Source: Hydrolagus affinis
Lineage: Eukaryota
Direction: 5' to 3'
NCBI GenBank assembly: GCA_012026655.1
Contig: JAAILG010001360.1
Span: 1-64,000 of the forward strand
Length of the DNA stretch: 64,000 nt
Under the pieces are notes generated by a model. The model worked only from the letters and a program-made list of their open reading frames with translations. It did no database searches and was not told where the DNA came from. Both the position numbers and the translations under genes were made by a program. Below, in pieces: positions 37,775-51,584 of the stretch. Position 1 is the stretch's first letter, and the number at the start of each line of letters is the position of its first letter.

Positions 37775-39199
37775 GTACTCCAGTTTCTAACCCCAATTAT
37801 CTTGCTGCCAAGTGTGCTGGTGTGGATATTGCACAAGGATCATTTAGAATCCATGGATAATACCCCCACCATCTGATAACCTTTTAACGCTAACTATTTA
37901 AGCTTGCCTATGACAAATGTCTTCTTGTGTGAGCTACTGGAGTGCTGTTAGCTCCCATGCAATTGTACCCCAGTGACAATGAATGACTTTAAGAAGTGAT
38001 AGCAGGAAATATGGCTAAGAAATGCTAGTTATTTCCAAACGCTATATGTACGGTCTGTAGTATGGCTCAAAAAGCAGTTTAACCTGTCCCTAGTTGCAAA
38101 ACCAGTTGTTTACAACCCTAGATATGGTAAAACAGACACCAAAAAACCTGCCCAGAACTAGTGACCTTTGTTCAAGATTGGCTTTGTGTCCTAATTCAGT
38201 GGTGGTTGGTCTATTGCGCCCTAATTAATTCTCATTTATGAACACACACCCAAGCACACACACACCCATATCAAACTGGGAAAATATTGCATTTGCTGAA
38301 GATATCAAAGAACTTTTTTTCCTTCGTCCATGAGATTTATTATGGTTGTTAAGAATCAAGAAGTAACAATGATGCATGATGAGAAATGCTGTGAGGGAGT
38401 TCAAAATGATGTGGGTAAATGATACATGAAATTACTGCCATGTCTGCCAGAGAGAGAGAGAAAATACAGTACAGTAATCTGTTTTTTTTTGCCTACACAG
38501 CAACATATAAGAGGTGCATTGGTCTTCCAAGCAATGAATATATACTGTTTCTTATGCAGTTATGTGTTCTAAATGTTAAACTGTCTAGAAATTAAATGCC
38601 TGAGAGAAGTGGTAATGCAGTGATCATTGTTAACCAGATTTTCATTTTAAGCAATTTTGTATATTTTATATTTTACATGTAATGCATTCAGTAGTTAAAT
38701 CCATGTTTAAAAGATGGCATTTCTTACTGAGATTTGCTTATGTAATGAGGTATCTGACTTTAAACTCTGACTTTAATCTGATTTCATTGAAATCTTAAAG
38801 CTACTGAGCAAATAGCTACCTCATTTGCTTACAAAAACAGTTGCTCCTCTTGACAGTAATTATTTGTGCAATGCAAACATTACTTTCCATTTTTGCAGCA
38901 TGGTTAAGGGTCTTCTTCTTTCTCCCCCTCCAAATATTTTCTCTTAACTGTATTACCACTTGGAATACAAGACCTTGCTAAAACAGGTCTTATGGTACTG
39001 CTATCCAGCTGTTTCTATTAACTGATATTCGCACTCTGTATATATACATTTAGCTGACTGGGGCATGTGTACATTTATATTTGCTCCATAATATGATTTA
39101 GAGGTGAGCATTTCCAATGATCAAAAATAACATTATGTTGGATACTGGATGGATGAACTAGTTTTCTCACTACATGGAGGGCTGCCACTCAAAACATGT

Positions 39200-39700
39200 C
39201 AACAACAACAACAACAAAATACACTTATAAAGCGCCTTTCACGTCGGGAGGACTTCCCAAGGCGCTGCACAGGAGGCGTGTGACCCGAGCTGGGAGGGGA
39301 GTGTACGGGAAGGGGTGAAACAGGTAGGGGAGGTCGAAAAATTTNNNNNNNNNNNNNNNNNNNNNNNNNNNNNNNNNNNNNNNNNNNNNNNNNNNNNNNN
39401 NNNNNNNNNNNNNNNNNNNNNNNNNNNNNNNNNNNNNNNNNNNNACGGTCGAAGAGGAAAGTCTTCAAACCGGCCTTGAAAGAGGAAAGGGAAGAAACGA
39501 GACGGAGGGATTGGGGGATGGAATTCCATAGGGTCGGAGCAGAAAAACTGAAGGCCCGGCCTCCGATGGTGGGGCGGTTTGGGCGGGGGGCTTGGAGCAG
39601 GCCAAGTCCTGCTGAGCGGAGGGTCCGGGTGGGCTTGTAGGGGGAGAGTAAATTGGTTAAGTAGGGCGGGGCAAGGCCATGTAAGGCCTTGAAGGTGATG
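39200..39700 (-). mobile_element. L2-clade LINE 3' fragment spanning an assembly gap
   Basis: ITFKALHGLAPPYLTNLLSPYKPTRTLRS...GGRAFSFSAPTLWNSIP...LKTFLFDR is open up to the gap. Confidence 0.9.
39345..39444. other. Assembly gap (100 N)
   Basis: Run of N. Confidence 0.99.
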
Positions 39701-42169
39701 TCATGCATTCTACACCATTTGATCTGGCAGCGAAGAATAGTCCGTAAAATGTATAGTAATATCTTCATGTGTTACTTGAAATTTGATCTTTCATGCAAAA
39801 TGATCATCTATGGAACTGAGGAACCTTGTAAAGCTATTTTGTGCTAGAATTCTTATAGCATTACAACAAAAGATCTTGCATAAACGGTTTTAAAATAGAT
39901 TAAAGGATTACCCTAGAAAAAGCAAATTAATCTGTCTTCAGTTTCACAGATCCTGAAAGCACGGGATGTACCCAGTATCTTCATACTGTGAAGATTTTGC
40001 ACAGTATTTTCTTTCAATGTTGAAATCCTAAAATGTGTTTATAGTTTTCAACTGCTCACGTGACAGCATTCCTTGCAGGGGAAATTGTTTGCACAGTTCT
40101 AATTGTGTGTGTAGAATATTCCTGTAATTTACAATTATTTTATTGATTATTTTATTGATTATAAAGCAACACTGTATAGGAGATGAGCTTTAAACATGAA
40201 GTATGCCCCAAGAAAGAGTAAGGGAGGGTGAAGAGAGGACAATGTATTTGAAGATTTGTCAGAAAAAATAAAGCTTCATGGAGACCTGCCAAGACTGTTC
40301 TCCCAGTTGAAAAAGATTCAACGGGATTGATTCATGCATTAGTTCTGCCACTGGCTTTGATGAAGCTGAGCAGGAATAGTCATCATCCTTCCTAGCCTTG
40401 CCTGCTGTTCTGTATTCTTAAGCAGAACGCAAGGGTTTGTCCATGCTTCACCTATATTGTAATGGTGCAATCAATTGCACAGTTTACTTTCATAAATGTG
40501 ACTTTTTCTGACCCCTCTCTGTTAGATTTTTCCCTCATTATTGCCTTTTTCTGTTCACTGGTTTGTATTTATAATTTTATCAATACAACCTCTGAGTACT
40601 AATTCAAAAACTGAACAGATACAGTGGGGAAGTTCCATAATTAACAGCAGCTCTGTTGGTTGTACAGAAATTCAACATTCACTTTACTGGTTGATTGAAC
40701 AGATGAATTTCATCTCTGATGTAGCAAATTGAGCCTTGCAATGAATTTTCTTTACTGAGTTGTTGAATTATTCTTTTAATTTTAATTTGAAACGTCATGC
40801 AAACTCCATACTGTCTCACTTGATTCTGAGCACAGCATTTTCTAACATAAAGGCTGAACCTGTTGTTCTGAATACATTTTTGCACCTATGTAGGTGTCGG
40901 AATATTAAAATTTTTGGGCACTCGTATATCTAGCAAGCATGTATCCAAGGCAGAGCATCTTTTAAAAGCGTTTTGCTCACGCACTGTAAAAGGATGAAGA
41001 ATTGTCTAATTGTACAGTACTAATGATGCTGACTGTTTTTGACTTTACCATAGTAGTCCTTACTGCAGTACTTATAATGCAGTTGTTGAGATCCATAAAA
41101 TACCAACCTGAGTTATAACAGGATGTGATTGTTGATCAGAGCTTCCACATCATGACATCAATCACTGCCATTCCATCACTTTCCACGTGCATAGCTCCAC
41201 TGCACTTCAAATTGTGATATCATGCTTGAAAAAGCCTCACTGTATGATGACATGTTTTGAGGTTCAGTTTAGTACTGACAGATCTGACTTGCTTTCTAAA
41301 AATTTGGGGATGCATTTCTAACAATAATGTATACTTTTTTCCTCCAAAAAATCTAAGGCATAAAATCATAACATTTTGCTTTTCTGCTTCCTGCTTTTTG
41401 CAATGAAACCAACTTTTAATTGAGGAAATAAACCTTTTTGGATGCGTTACAAAATTTCTCATGAATACTTTTCCTATCTTCATATAGCTGGTTGTATATT
41501 TTAGGTAATGAATTTCAGCATCCAAAACAACAATTTTGTAAATGGATGACTTTGATTTTATATTAATTTGGGAAATGGTGTTCGGTAAAGTTTAGCATAG
41601 TTAAATAGCAAAAATGCTTGAAAAGTTAATTTCTTCAAAGTTCAGTGTTACAACTGGAATACAACAAAATTGCAGACCAGATGTCAGATTTGCGTAGGCA
41701 ACACAAAAGATGCAGTAGGCCAATGGTACCTCATATTTTAAGCTTGGATTGCTGGGTTGACATGTGTTGAAATCCATTTTTATCATTCAGAGTGAATAGG
41801 CTATCAATTTTAAACACACACAAGTCAGTGAATTGATATATTTACATTATTTTAAATAAATAGAAATAGATTTTGTTGGTGATGAATGGTAGGTACACGG
41901 ACCTGTTAATGATTCTGTCTGTAATCCATTTACTCAGTAAATGTGTTTGATAGGTCAATGATTTCCAAGGTAATACTTCTTCAAACCAAGAAAAACGTTT
42001 TTAACAAACTAAATCGATTCAACAGCATGGTAGGTTATAATACTACTACAGTACATATATATATATATATACACACATACAAAGCACATATCAAATATCA
42101 GTAGATTAAAAAACTAGTATATTTAGTGTTCCTGTGAGGTTTTAAAAAATGGCAAGATTTTTTCAAAAA

Positions 42170-42268
42170 CAAAAAACAGAAGTCACTGGGAACACTCAGC
42201 AGGTCAGGCAGCATCTATGGAGAAAGGGAAGTGAGTCAACATTTTGGGTCCACATACCTTTGTCAGAT
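42170..42268. repeat. Interspersed repeat, possibly Penelope-derived
   Basis: aacactcagcaggtcaggcagcatctatggagaaag...gtcaacattttggg resembles a common chondrichthyan repeat. Weaker copies at about 19440-19515 and 44640-44700. Confidence 0.45.
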
Positions 42269-42687
42269 TTTTCCACATTGCAGATTTATTTTGTCCCCCA
42301 AAACATAAATGTTGCTTTCATAATCACAATTCAGAAAATGTTATTACTTATCGGTAACTTGGTTTCAAAGATTGGCTTCTTCACAAGTTTGACCTTTGGT
42401 TTTTTAAAATTCAAAATCAGGGAATTTTACTGAGCATTTTTAAATCTCTCCAAGCAACCATTGTGTTTGTTAAAAATTTGTGTCAAATACCAGCTTGGCT
42501 CACTTTTATTTTCTCAGTAACCATTTAGACTTCAAAGCCTAGGATTGCTGTGAAAACATTTTTGTGCATATCACTAACTACAAGCAATTAGAAAGTGATG
42601 CAAATAATCTAGAGACAAAGAGGACTTTTGTTTTTGCTGTAATTTTTCTCCCTCTATTCCTTCCAGTGGTTATCTCTGTGATTTTTA

Positions 42688-43043
42688 GAACAATCCTTGC
42701 ATTTGATATAGCACCTTATCACGTCATTGAGATGTCTCATAGCGCTTCACAGAATGTATCATAAAATTAATTGACTGTGTACTTTGTTGGTGAAACACAA
42801 CACATGACAGTGTCCCACAAACAGTTGTAGATTGAGTGACCAAATTATTATTTCTTTTGGAAAGATTATTACCCATGGAAAGAGATTCACTAATCGACTT
42901 AACAACCCAGTTCCTACTTACCGCTTGGTAAACGTGGAGTAAGAAAATTAGAAAATTTGCCTAAGATTTTGCCCTGCTCAGGAATTGAACCCAGGTCTTC
43001 TCACTTGCGAGGATGGTGCTCTGACCAATATACAGGACTTCCA
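42688..43043 (-). mobile_element. tRNA-SINE, long subfamily
   Basis: Tail at left, extra internal segment ctaatcgacttaacaacccagttcctacttac, head ending tacaggacttcc. Confidence 0.85.
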
Positions 43044-45248
43044 GTAGGTCAGTTGGAAACCTGTTTATCTTCAAACGCACTGTCTGGACCTGTGCTGCTC
43101 ACAAAATGTTTTTCCATGAAGTTGGATTCTCTAGTCTCAACTCTCAAGTACAACTGTACAAATTGGCAACATTACTCACAGAAGAATAGTAAATACAAAC
43201 ATTTCCAGTGGTGATGTAGGAAATGTCCTCTTTGGGGCAAAAAAGAGAATTTTACTGTGCACCTGGAAATGCTTCACCCGGCACCAGAGCTTGGTGCTGA
43301 CATTGGGCACCAAAGTGGAAGGCATAATATTTATTCTCTATTCCCCACCTATTCCAAAAGGTATAGCAGTGTACAATTCCATATATACAAGATAGATATA
43401 TTGAGGATTAACATTGTATTTGAACATTTCAATTAGTTATCCTGATCAGTCAATTTTATCAAGCCATGATGACTCACCAAATTGGCTGTACTTCAAAATG
43501 TTCTGCACTATATGCGATGAACCAAGCTTCAGAAAGCCAATAACCCTAGGTTGTTGTGAGCTGTACATGGAAACAGGCTTGTCGAGTCCAGTTTATTCAT
43601 GAGGTCGAACGTTGATGTCTATTTTAACAGAAAAATGCAATCTGGAGGAAGGAGGTCCAGTTTAACATACCCCAGCATCAACATTTGAATGCTGATTGCA
43701 CATTTAACCAATAAGTAATAACTCGTTTATTATAGTTTAATATAATAGTTAATTAATAAAGCTGTTTTCACGAAACTGAAATGTTTAATCAATTAGGTTA
43801 ATCAACGTGTCTTTTATGGGGCAGTGTAATTAAACAGAGCAGTACAAAATCAATTATTTTAATGGCACCATTCTAAAATCACAATGCACTGTACTTCCTT
43901 TATTTAATGAAAAGGTTGAGAAGCTAACCTTCTACTTTACTGAAAAGGGCTTAATTTTCTTGAGCATTTAACCCTTCCTCCATTAATTATTTGGATATTT
44001 CTATCTTTTGCTTTCTACTTTTTAAAATAAATAAGCTGCCCAGTTTGGTTATTGATCATGTGTACTCTTCAAACCAAGGGAATCTATCATGCTCCAAAGG
44101 CTGCAAATGGATTTCACATTATAATCAAGTAAATTACTCATTTTAGTGATCAGCAAATGATAGACTCTCTGATGTTCTAAAACGCACTATACCATTCAAC
44201 TTAATTTAGAAATTAATCAAAAGAAAATATTGCATCTTTGAAAGTTATTGCCAATATTCTTAATATTGCTAATGTGTGCATGTGAAGACTTTTTTCAATA
44301 GCTAGTTTTAGAACAGATCTGCAAGGTGAGCATTAGAATCTCTTATTGGAAGTTTGCCAACTAATATTCTTGAATTTTACATTTGGACATATAATTTTCT
44401 TACTCTATTTGCATTTTAATTGTAGTTTAAAACATCCAGAATGCTGTATCAAATAATAGCTGGAAACTATCAAATATTGAATGGAAAAATAGACACATCG
44501 CTATATATTAATGTGCCCTCTCTGTGAGCATTGTCCTGTTGACATACTCAAATATTTTGGGGTAATACGACTGAATGTGTGCTTGGTACGTATTGATATT
44601 TTTTACACGACAGAGAAAAATACAGTTGCTAGTAATCTGAAAACAAAAGCAGGATTGAAAGAAATCCACAGCAAGTTAGCCAATATCTGAAAGAGAATGA
44701 TAGGTTATTCTTTGGAGCATAGCCCTCCATCTAAATATTAAGTTCTGCCACTCTTAGAGGCCTTCAATTAGGATCTCAGGGAATTTCTTTGGACTACCAA
44801 TATAATACAGGGTGCAGTTAGAACCCACCCTCGTTGAGTCTACTGAGAAACTGTACTATACTGGAAGCGAAGCATATCCATGGTGAGTTAGCATATCTAG
44901 TGCTAAGCTTCCTGAGCAACAAAATGGCCAATGCCTGGGTCATCGAGTTACTGCTATTGTGCACAGAAAGCATTGCATTGTTTCCATATTATGTCAGCAG
45001 CAAACAGACGACCCAGAAGAAGTCACTTGTGGCTTGATTATAAATCAGCTTCAGAGATATTTGAGCCAGTCGACTAAATTGACCAGTATTTATTAATGGC
45101 ACAGTTACTGTATATACAGTTCACTTACATGGAACACTTAACATATTTACTTTACTGTTACATTAAGTGTGTCAAGTACTACCTTACAAAATGATTCAAC
45201 TTCCTACATCATAATTACAATAATCAAATTGTTTATTTTGTTTTCCAG

Positions 45249-45878
45249 AGTGTCTATAAATGTGATTTTCTCAACCTCCAGTTGCAGCAGCCTCTTCAGC
45301 TTGCTCAAGATACTATAGATGCCTTTCTCAAGCAGCTGAAAAATCCAATCGACTCCCTTCCTGGAGAGCTGTTCCATATTGTTGTGTTTTCTCTTCTGCT
45401 GTCTTATTTCCCTGCCCCTTACCAACGTTGGATCTGCTGTAAGAAAGCCCATGAACTTCTGGCACTTAATGGTTTGCTTCTTATAATCACCCCTGATTCC
45501 TCTCACCAAAACAGGCATGCCTTTATGATTAAGAGCTGGAAGATTGCTATTGAGTCTCTGGGATTCAAAAGGTACAAGTATGTGAAGTTCTCCCATATGC
45601 ACCTCTTGGCTTTTCGGAAAATATCTCTGCAGACAACAAGTGATCTTGTCAGCAGAAATTATCCAGAGATGCTCTATATTCCACAAGATTTCAATAATAT
45701 GGATGAAGAGGAATACACAGACACCACTTGTCAAGTTCGTTCTGAAATGGAAGATGACCAGATAGCTTACAGTTTTATGGAGTTACCTGATGCACCATAT
45801 GATTCAGACTCAGGAGAGAGTCAGTCAAGCTCCATCCCGTTCCATGAGTTGGAAGACCCGGTGTTGCTTTTAAGCTAA
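45249..45878 (+). CDS. SAMTOR: SAMTOR/BMT2 last coding exon
   Basis: Acceptor ttttgttttccag|AGT (phase 0). [55 protein letters not shown]...[29 protein letters not shown] matches the SAMTOR C-terminus. Confidence 0.97.
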   Translation, partial: SVYKCDFLNLQLQQPLQLAQDTIDAFLKQLKNPIDSLPGELFHIVVFSLLLSYFPAPYQRWICCKKAHELLALNGLLLIITPDSSHQNRHAFMIKSWKIAIESLGFKRYKYVKFSHMHLLAFRKISLQTTSDLVSRNYPEMLYIPQDFNNMDEEEYTDTTCQVRSEMEDDQIAYSFMELPDAPYDSDSGESQSSSIPFHELEDPVLLLS

Positions 45879-48800
45879 CTTCAGACTTCCATTGCATTTG
45901 TTACCAGAGCTGCTGTGTTGCCAAAATAATTCTGCTGCATTAATTCTTGTATTGTATGCAGAACATGCAGTACAGTTTGCACATAGAAAACGTGAAGAGT
46001 TTACAAAATGGGTAACGTTATTTTCTACAACCCATGTTGGAAAAATAAAAGTATTTTAGGGGTATGCAACAAATGGAACACTTGGTAATGTCCTCAAGGA
46101 AGCATCTTCATCAGTATGTTGCACATATTCCTAATCATTATAATTCGCCATAAATAAGAAAAAAGCTGACCAAATAATCCACAGACTATGTAACTGACAC
46201 GTGTGTTTTATTATCTGTGTGAATTCACTATCCACTAGCTGTCACTATATAGTTTCAGTCGTGACAGTGCCATGAAATTGTCAACGACAGGACAATGAGG
46301 TATAAGATGTGAAATTCACAAACCTGATTTGTTATGCTAATTCCAACTTTGGTATGTGTTGGATTACGAGATTCTCCGACAATATATCCCAAATCCTAAA
46401 ATGACCCAAATTGAAAATAGACCAATGAGACAAACATTAGCAGTTTTTCTCATTAGCCTTTTTTTCCACACTGTCGGTTTGGGATTCTCTGTTTTGGTGT
46501 ATTACACCACAAATCTCACATTCTGATATTTGCAAACCTTGGCACACAACTAACACATCAATTATGTTGGTGAAACTTCATTTTAGTCCCAATAACATGT
46601 TTAAAATTTCTAGAAACAAAAGGTGGGAAAGCATGCAGTAGCATACATCTGCCAAAGTCAAATAAAAAGATGGTACAGTAGAAGCCCGTTTATCCGGCAC
46701 CCGCAGGACCTGGCCAATGCCGGTTAAAGCGCCTGCCGGATATTCGGGTGGCCAGCAACCAAAAACCCACTACAAAATTTTTTTAAGTTCTTTTAACACA
46801 CACCATACACACCAGACTAAGTAATAACAGATAGTGACGGAGTATTGTGTTGGTGCTTGTTGTTGGGGCTGCTCTCTTGCGCTTCTCACCTTTACTGGTT
46901 TAGAGGTTTGCGGTCCGGCGATTCTTTTTTGAATGGGGGACGGCCAGGTGGGTGAGAGAGGCGGTAGCACGATTTTAAAGTCATGCGACTTTACTAGCTG
47001 CAAGCCAAAGCCCTAGACTCTACTAGCGGCAAACTAAAATACTGCACCTGCGCGACAATGTGGGTTTTCGGCTAGCGTTATCGGCTTGCCACTAGTATGA
47101 CTTTGAAGTCATATGCGCTCCGCTTTTTTCATCCACTTGGCGTGCTCCATTTTGGGAGGGGTCGCTGGACTGTAAACCTCAACCGCAGCATCATGGCTTC
47201 AAGCGCAGCATCTACCAGCGGGGGTGGGGGACGGGGGAGAGTGGTTTTGATGGTGAGTGCCAATACAATATTCTGTTGTTATGTTATTATTTATGCAGTT
47301 ACAATAGCAGGAACCATTGCTATTGTTCCAGATAAGTTCCGGTTTATCGAATGAGGACTTTTATTTTGGCGTGCCGGTTATATGGAAGTGCCGGTGCATC
47401 GAATCACGGATAAACGGGCTTCTATTGTACTTACATATATGATCATACCAAGTTTTATCATAATGCTCATTATTTTTATCCCTATTCAGTTCCCATTATC
47501 AGCCAGGTTGCTCCAATGACATTACTTAGACGGATAGTGCGTTTGAAACTATTGTTTTTACCCCCCTAATTTTGTTGCAATAGCAAATTTATAAGGAAGT
47601 GAAAAAAAATTTAATTATTATTTTAAGAAGGTGAACATTACTTGCTGCCCAGAGTTAAACTGTATTTCGCACTATTTCTGCATAAAATTATGCGGTTAGC
47701 CTCTCAGAATTCAATGTTACATTTTATTAAAGAACAGTTTGCTCTGTTCAGTTTTTGAACAAACTGGTATTGGTCCTGTTGAAAGGGAATATGCCATGTA
47801 GTCCTTGTGACCTTTGGCTGATAATGATGACCTTGCACAAAACTGAATTCAATATTGCTCAGTCTGTGGTCAACTTATAAATCAATTATAAGTAAATTGA
47901 GGAACAAAACAGGAAAACAAAATAACATGGTTCATTCTTGGCCAGATACCTGAGGGCAGATACCTGAAATGTGAGTCTAATGTCTTTGTCTCCATATATC
48001 AGTCAGTAGTTGGTAGATTTTTCTTATTGAAATGCCTAGGGTTATGTTATTTTCTAGCACATTAAACAAGGAAGATGGAATGCATGCATATTGACCAGTT
48101 GTTAGAAAATGGTATTTGAGTGAAAGATCTGAGGTTGTAAAGTAAACATTTATGAAGAAAATGAAAATTTGAAAGCTTGACTTTTCCTTATTGGGTTATG
48201 TATATTTGTGTACAATATAAAATAGTAAATGTTTTGTTGCTTATAGTAGATAGGCCACTTTTCAATTAACGATAAGATTGCTTTCAAATCAGAAAATAAT
48301 TTGCATTCAAATTTATTGAATACTTTATTGACGTGACATTCACTTTTTTTTGGTAATAAATTGTTTAAAAATAGTGGCATAAGACTCAGGAATAATTGGT
48401 TATAAGAAAGTTGTAAATGGTTACATGTAACATAACAGTTAGAAATCTTCAACTTACATTGAAATTCCCAGTGATCGACTGCCAAATGGTACATACAGAG
48501 CTACCATTAATTTACATATTGCTAATCTTGATCAAGAAATGGCTTTCTATTCAAGTCTGTGTCTTTAATGCTCCACGAACATTGCAGTATTTTCAAGCAG
48601 CATAAGTCATTCCAATCTTACCATGTCCTAGCATGCTCAGCATTGATACCCAGAGTTTGATTTATAGACACTCTGTAGCTCTCCAACAAATACTTAAGGG
48701 TTCCTTTGGGGATATTCCAAAGTCAAAATTAAATGAATGCAGTCATTGATGGTGCTTTTAAATAGATTTTTTAAAAGTTGCTTTACTTGGCCTAAAATCA

Positions 48801-51340
48801 AGTACATTAACGACCTGGATCCTTGGGATTGTTTAATCTACCTGAGTATATGGAATAATATTTAAAGAATGATGATAATACTAAAAGGTGAGCAATCTAC
48901 TTTTCTGATGTTGGTGGGGTTTTAAAAAAAATAGTATTGTATAAAGTCTCATGATGTTCTGTGAAACATACTGCATCTGGATTTGTTGGCCTGGATTGAC
49001 ATTCGTCTTCAGTATTTATATTTACATCAGTTGGCCCCTAACCCTTTGTGTATGGAATGACTTATGCAACTTAGAAAACATATCTTTTACCAAATATCCA
49101 GCACATTTCTGTAAATTTCTCTTACTGAATATTTTTATATAAGGGAATGTATAATTATAAAAAGCAATAATTCTCAATCTCTGGGAAAATTAAATTGAAT
49201 TCATAGTTTTCATTTTGGTGCATTCGCCAAAGAGTCAAATTCCAACTTTCTAGAGTTTTGAACAATGTTGATCACAACAATATCTACATTTTCATTTGTT
49301 TCCCCCCTCCCCCCACACACACACTATCCTTAATGGTCAGATATTACTGCCTGCCAGCCCAGCTTCCAGCACTTCTAATTCCAATATTCACAGGCACATT
49401 GACAGCACCCAGACATGAAGGCATTAAAACCTGTAGTACAAAAATAATGTGCAGGTAATTCAACAACTAATTGATACTGAAAGTAATTTTAAAAGATCAT
49501 GTTCAGTTTCAATTACTACTTCAATGCATTGTTACATTTCCATTAAGGATAACTTGATCAAGTATTAATGCAAAATAATTGGATAGCATAGACCCAAGTG
49601 CAGATTGACGAAAAGACAGCTGCACAAATTTAGGCGGACTCATTGGTGGTTCATGTAAGGTGATCTTGGTTGTAGCTTAAAGCCTATTAGCATTGTTTAG
49701 TAATAAATGTGGAGCAATATTTTTGGCCTGCAAAAAACAATGTTTGCTTACTTAATAATTTCCTTTTTTTTAGAATAACTGCATAATCTTAAATTCAAAA
49801 GCTCTAAACAACTACTCAGTAACAGAATGGTGTGCCTCCTGGTTATATTTAGATCTAATGTTGTTAGGTGATCTATTAAAAATGCATCTTTAATTCATAT
49901 TTTTCACAGAAAGCACAATTCTACATGATTTTCATAGTGTGGATTTACAGCAAATCTGAAAGTTGTAATAAAATATAAAGGGATACTACTTGCTGGTATA
50001 TTTTTTTTAAAGAAATTGACAAGTTATCCTATTCACCAGCCAAAGGTTAGCAGGTCGAATGGCATGTTTTAGGGATGCCACTGTGTGGAATTGTGTCTTA
50101 ACTGTTGCATTTTGTGGAAAGTTTACCTCATAATGAGGTTTTGCACTAAAGCCTTTTAACCTGGGATACAACTATTTTGCTTTTAAGTGCTTCTCAACTG
50201 TGCTCAATTTGTTCTGCTTTAATCCTTTAAATTTGTATTTTTGTTCTGGTTGCTTTCTATTACATTGGAGATGAAAAGAAATTGCACCTTTGCTTCATTG
50301 TCTTGTAATCTAATTTTTTCTAGGTTTGTATTGTTTCTACGTATTGTTTAAAGACTGTGAATATTGACCAATGGTGATGTTAAATCCTGAAATGGTGTTT
50401 TGTTCACTTGGGTTTATTCTGTAACATTACAGTACTGTACTTGCTAAGTTATCAACATCTTGGGAAGCATCATTTTATTTTACCAACTCCTTTTGAAACC
50501 CAAAACATCTTTATATCACCAACAGGTTGAAAATATTATTCCGAAGAAATTCACATTCTCAGAAAATGCCTCAATGCTCCTAGTTCTCTTATACTGAATA
50601 ATATAACATCTACAGGTGAACTCGGGAATCAGTTAAATTGTCACATATTGGCAGGAGAGGACTGCTGTTCTAGTTAATTAGAAGGGGAAGCTTTCGGGAA
50701 ATGAATAACAGTTGAAAGCTCTTTAAGAAACTCCTGTTGAGGTACAAAATATTAGAAATCATCCCATGTTACTTACAAAAACAGTTTTTTTTAATTGCAC
50801 AAATGGTCAAAATGTAAGCTAGATGTCAAGCTATCTATCATGCTGTCTATCATTGGCAAATAAACACCGTTGAAGATGGCTATAATTTATGCAGATAATA
50901 TAACGGTTACATATTGTTAACTATTAAACCCTGTTATTAGCACCGAATGCCCAAGTGTTGATCTGCTGAATGATGTAGTTGGTGCTAAAATATTCAAATA
51001 TATTCATTGTTTTGTTTTATTTGTACATGATGCATTTTATTCTATTATTTGTATGACCTATCAACGCATTTGTTGGACACATGATGGGAAGTTTTACTGA
51101 ATGTCTGTCCAGTGGCACCTTTTTGTTTGTAGGATCAATGTCATCCCTACTAAGAAAAAAAGAATGTGATTTTTCTATCGTATGCAAACTTAATTTTTCA
51201 TACTGTAAGTGCTTAAAATTATACTTGTTAGTAACAGACACTTAAAATGGTAAAATTGCATTGTGATAGAACTACAATTTTCTGAGTTTTGGCTGTGTAG
51301 TTGCTAGGGCAATAAACTGAAATTTACAAGAAACATACAC
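45879..51340 (+). other. SAMTOR: Putative long 3' UTR of SAMTOR, with candidate poly(A) signals AATAAA at 46044, 46661 and 51311
   Basis: Follows the stop codon. AU-rich, and no recognisable retroelement between about 47.4 and 51.5 kb. AATAAA at 51311 precedes the return of CR1/SINE sequence. The end point is inferred. Confidence 0.45.
46676..47427. mobile_element. Tigger-like MITE family A, 752-bp form with internal inverted duplication
   Basis: TA|CAGTAGAAGCCCGTTTATCCG ... CGGATAAACGGGCTTCTATTG|TA. Confidence 0.9.
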
Positions 51341-51584
51341 CTTTGTGACAATTGCATTTTTATGACCCTTAAACACTGGTTTGAGATTTGTAATCAAGAT
51401 GTATAAACTAAATTTATTTGCCCTGCCTGTTTCATTGTACAGTACTGAATTTTTATTTGTCTTTGATGACCTGAGTTCAAAATCAGCAGTTGTGACAGAT
51501 GCTATGATTCACATCAGTAATGAAATTCCATCTGGTCTCCGGTGGTTATGATGAGTAAACATGCAGAAACTGCATCTCATCTGA

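Noticed and set aside
45204-45734. 176-aa antisense ORF over the SAMTOR last exon (and antisense ORFs in TMEM168 exon 2)
   Set aside because: Typical shadow ORFs of a real CDS, with no independent evidence.
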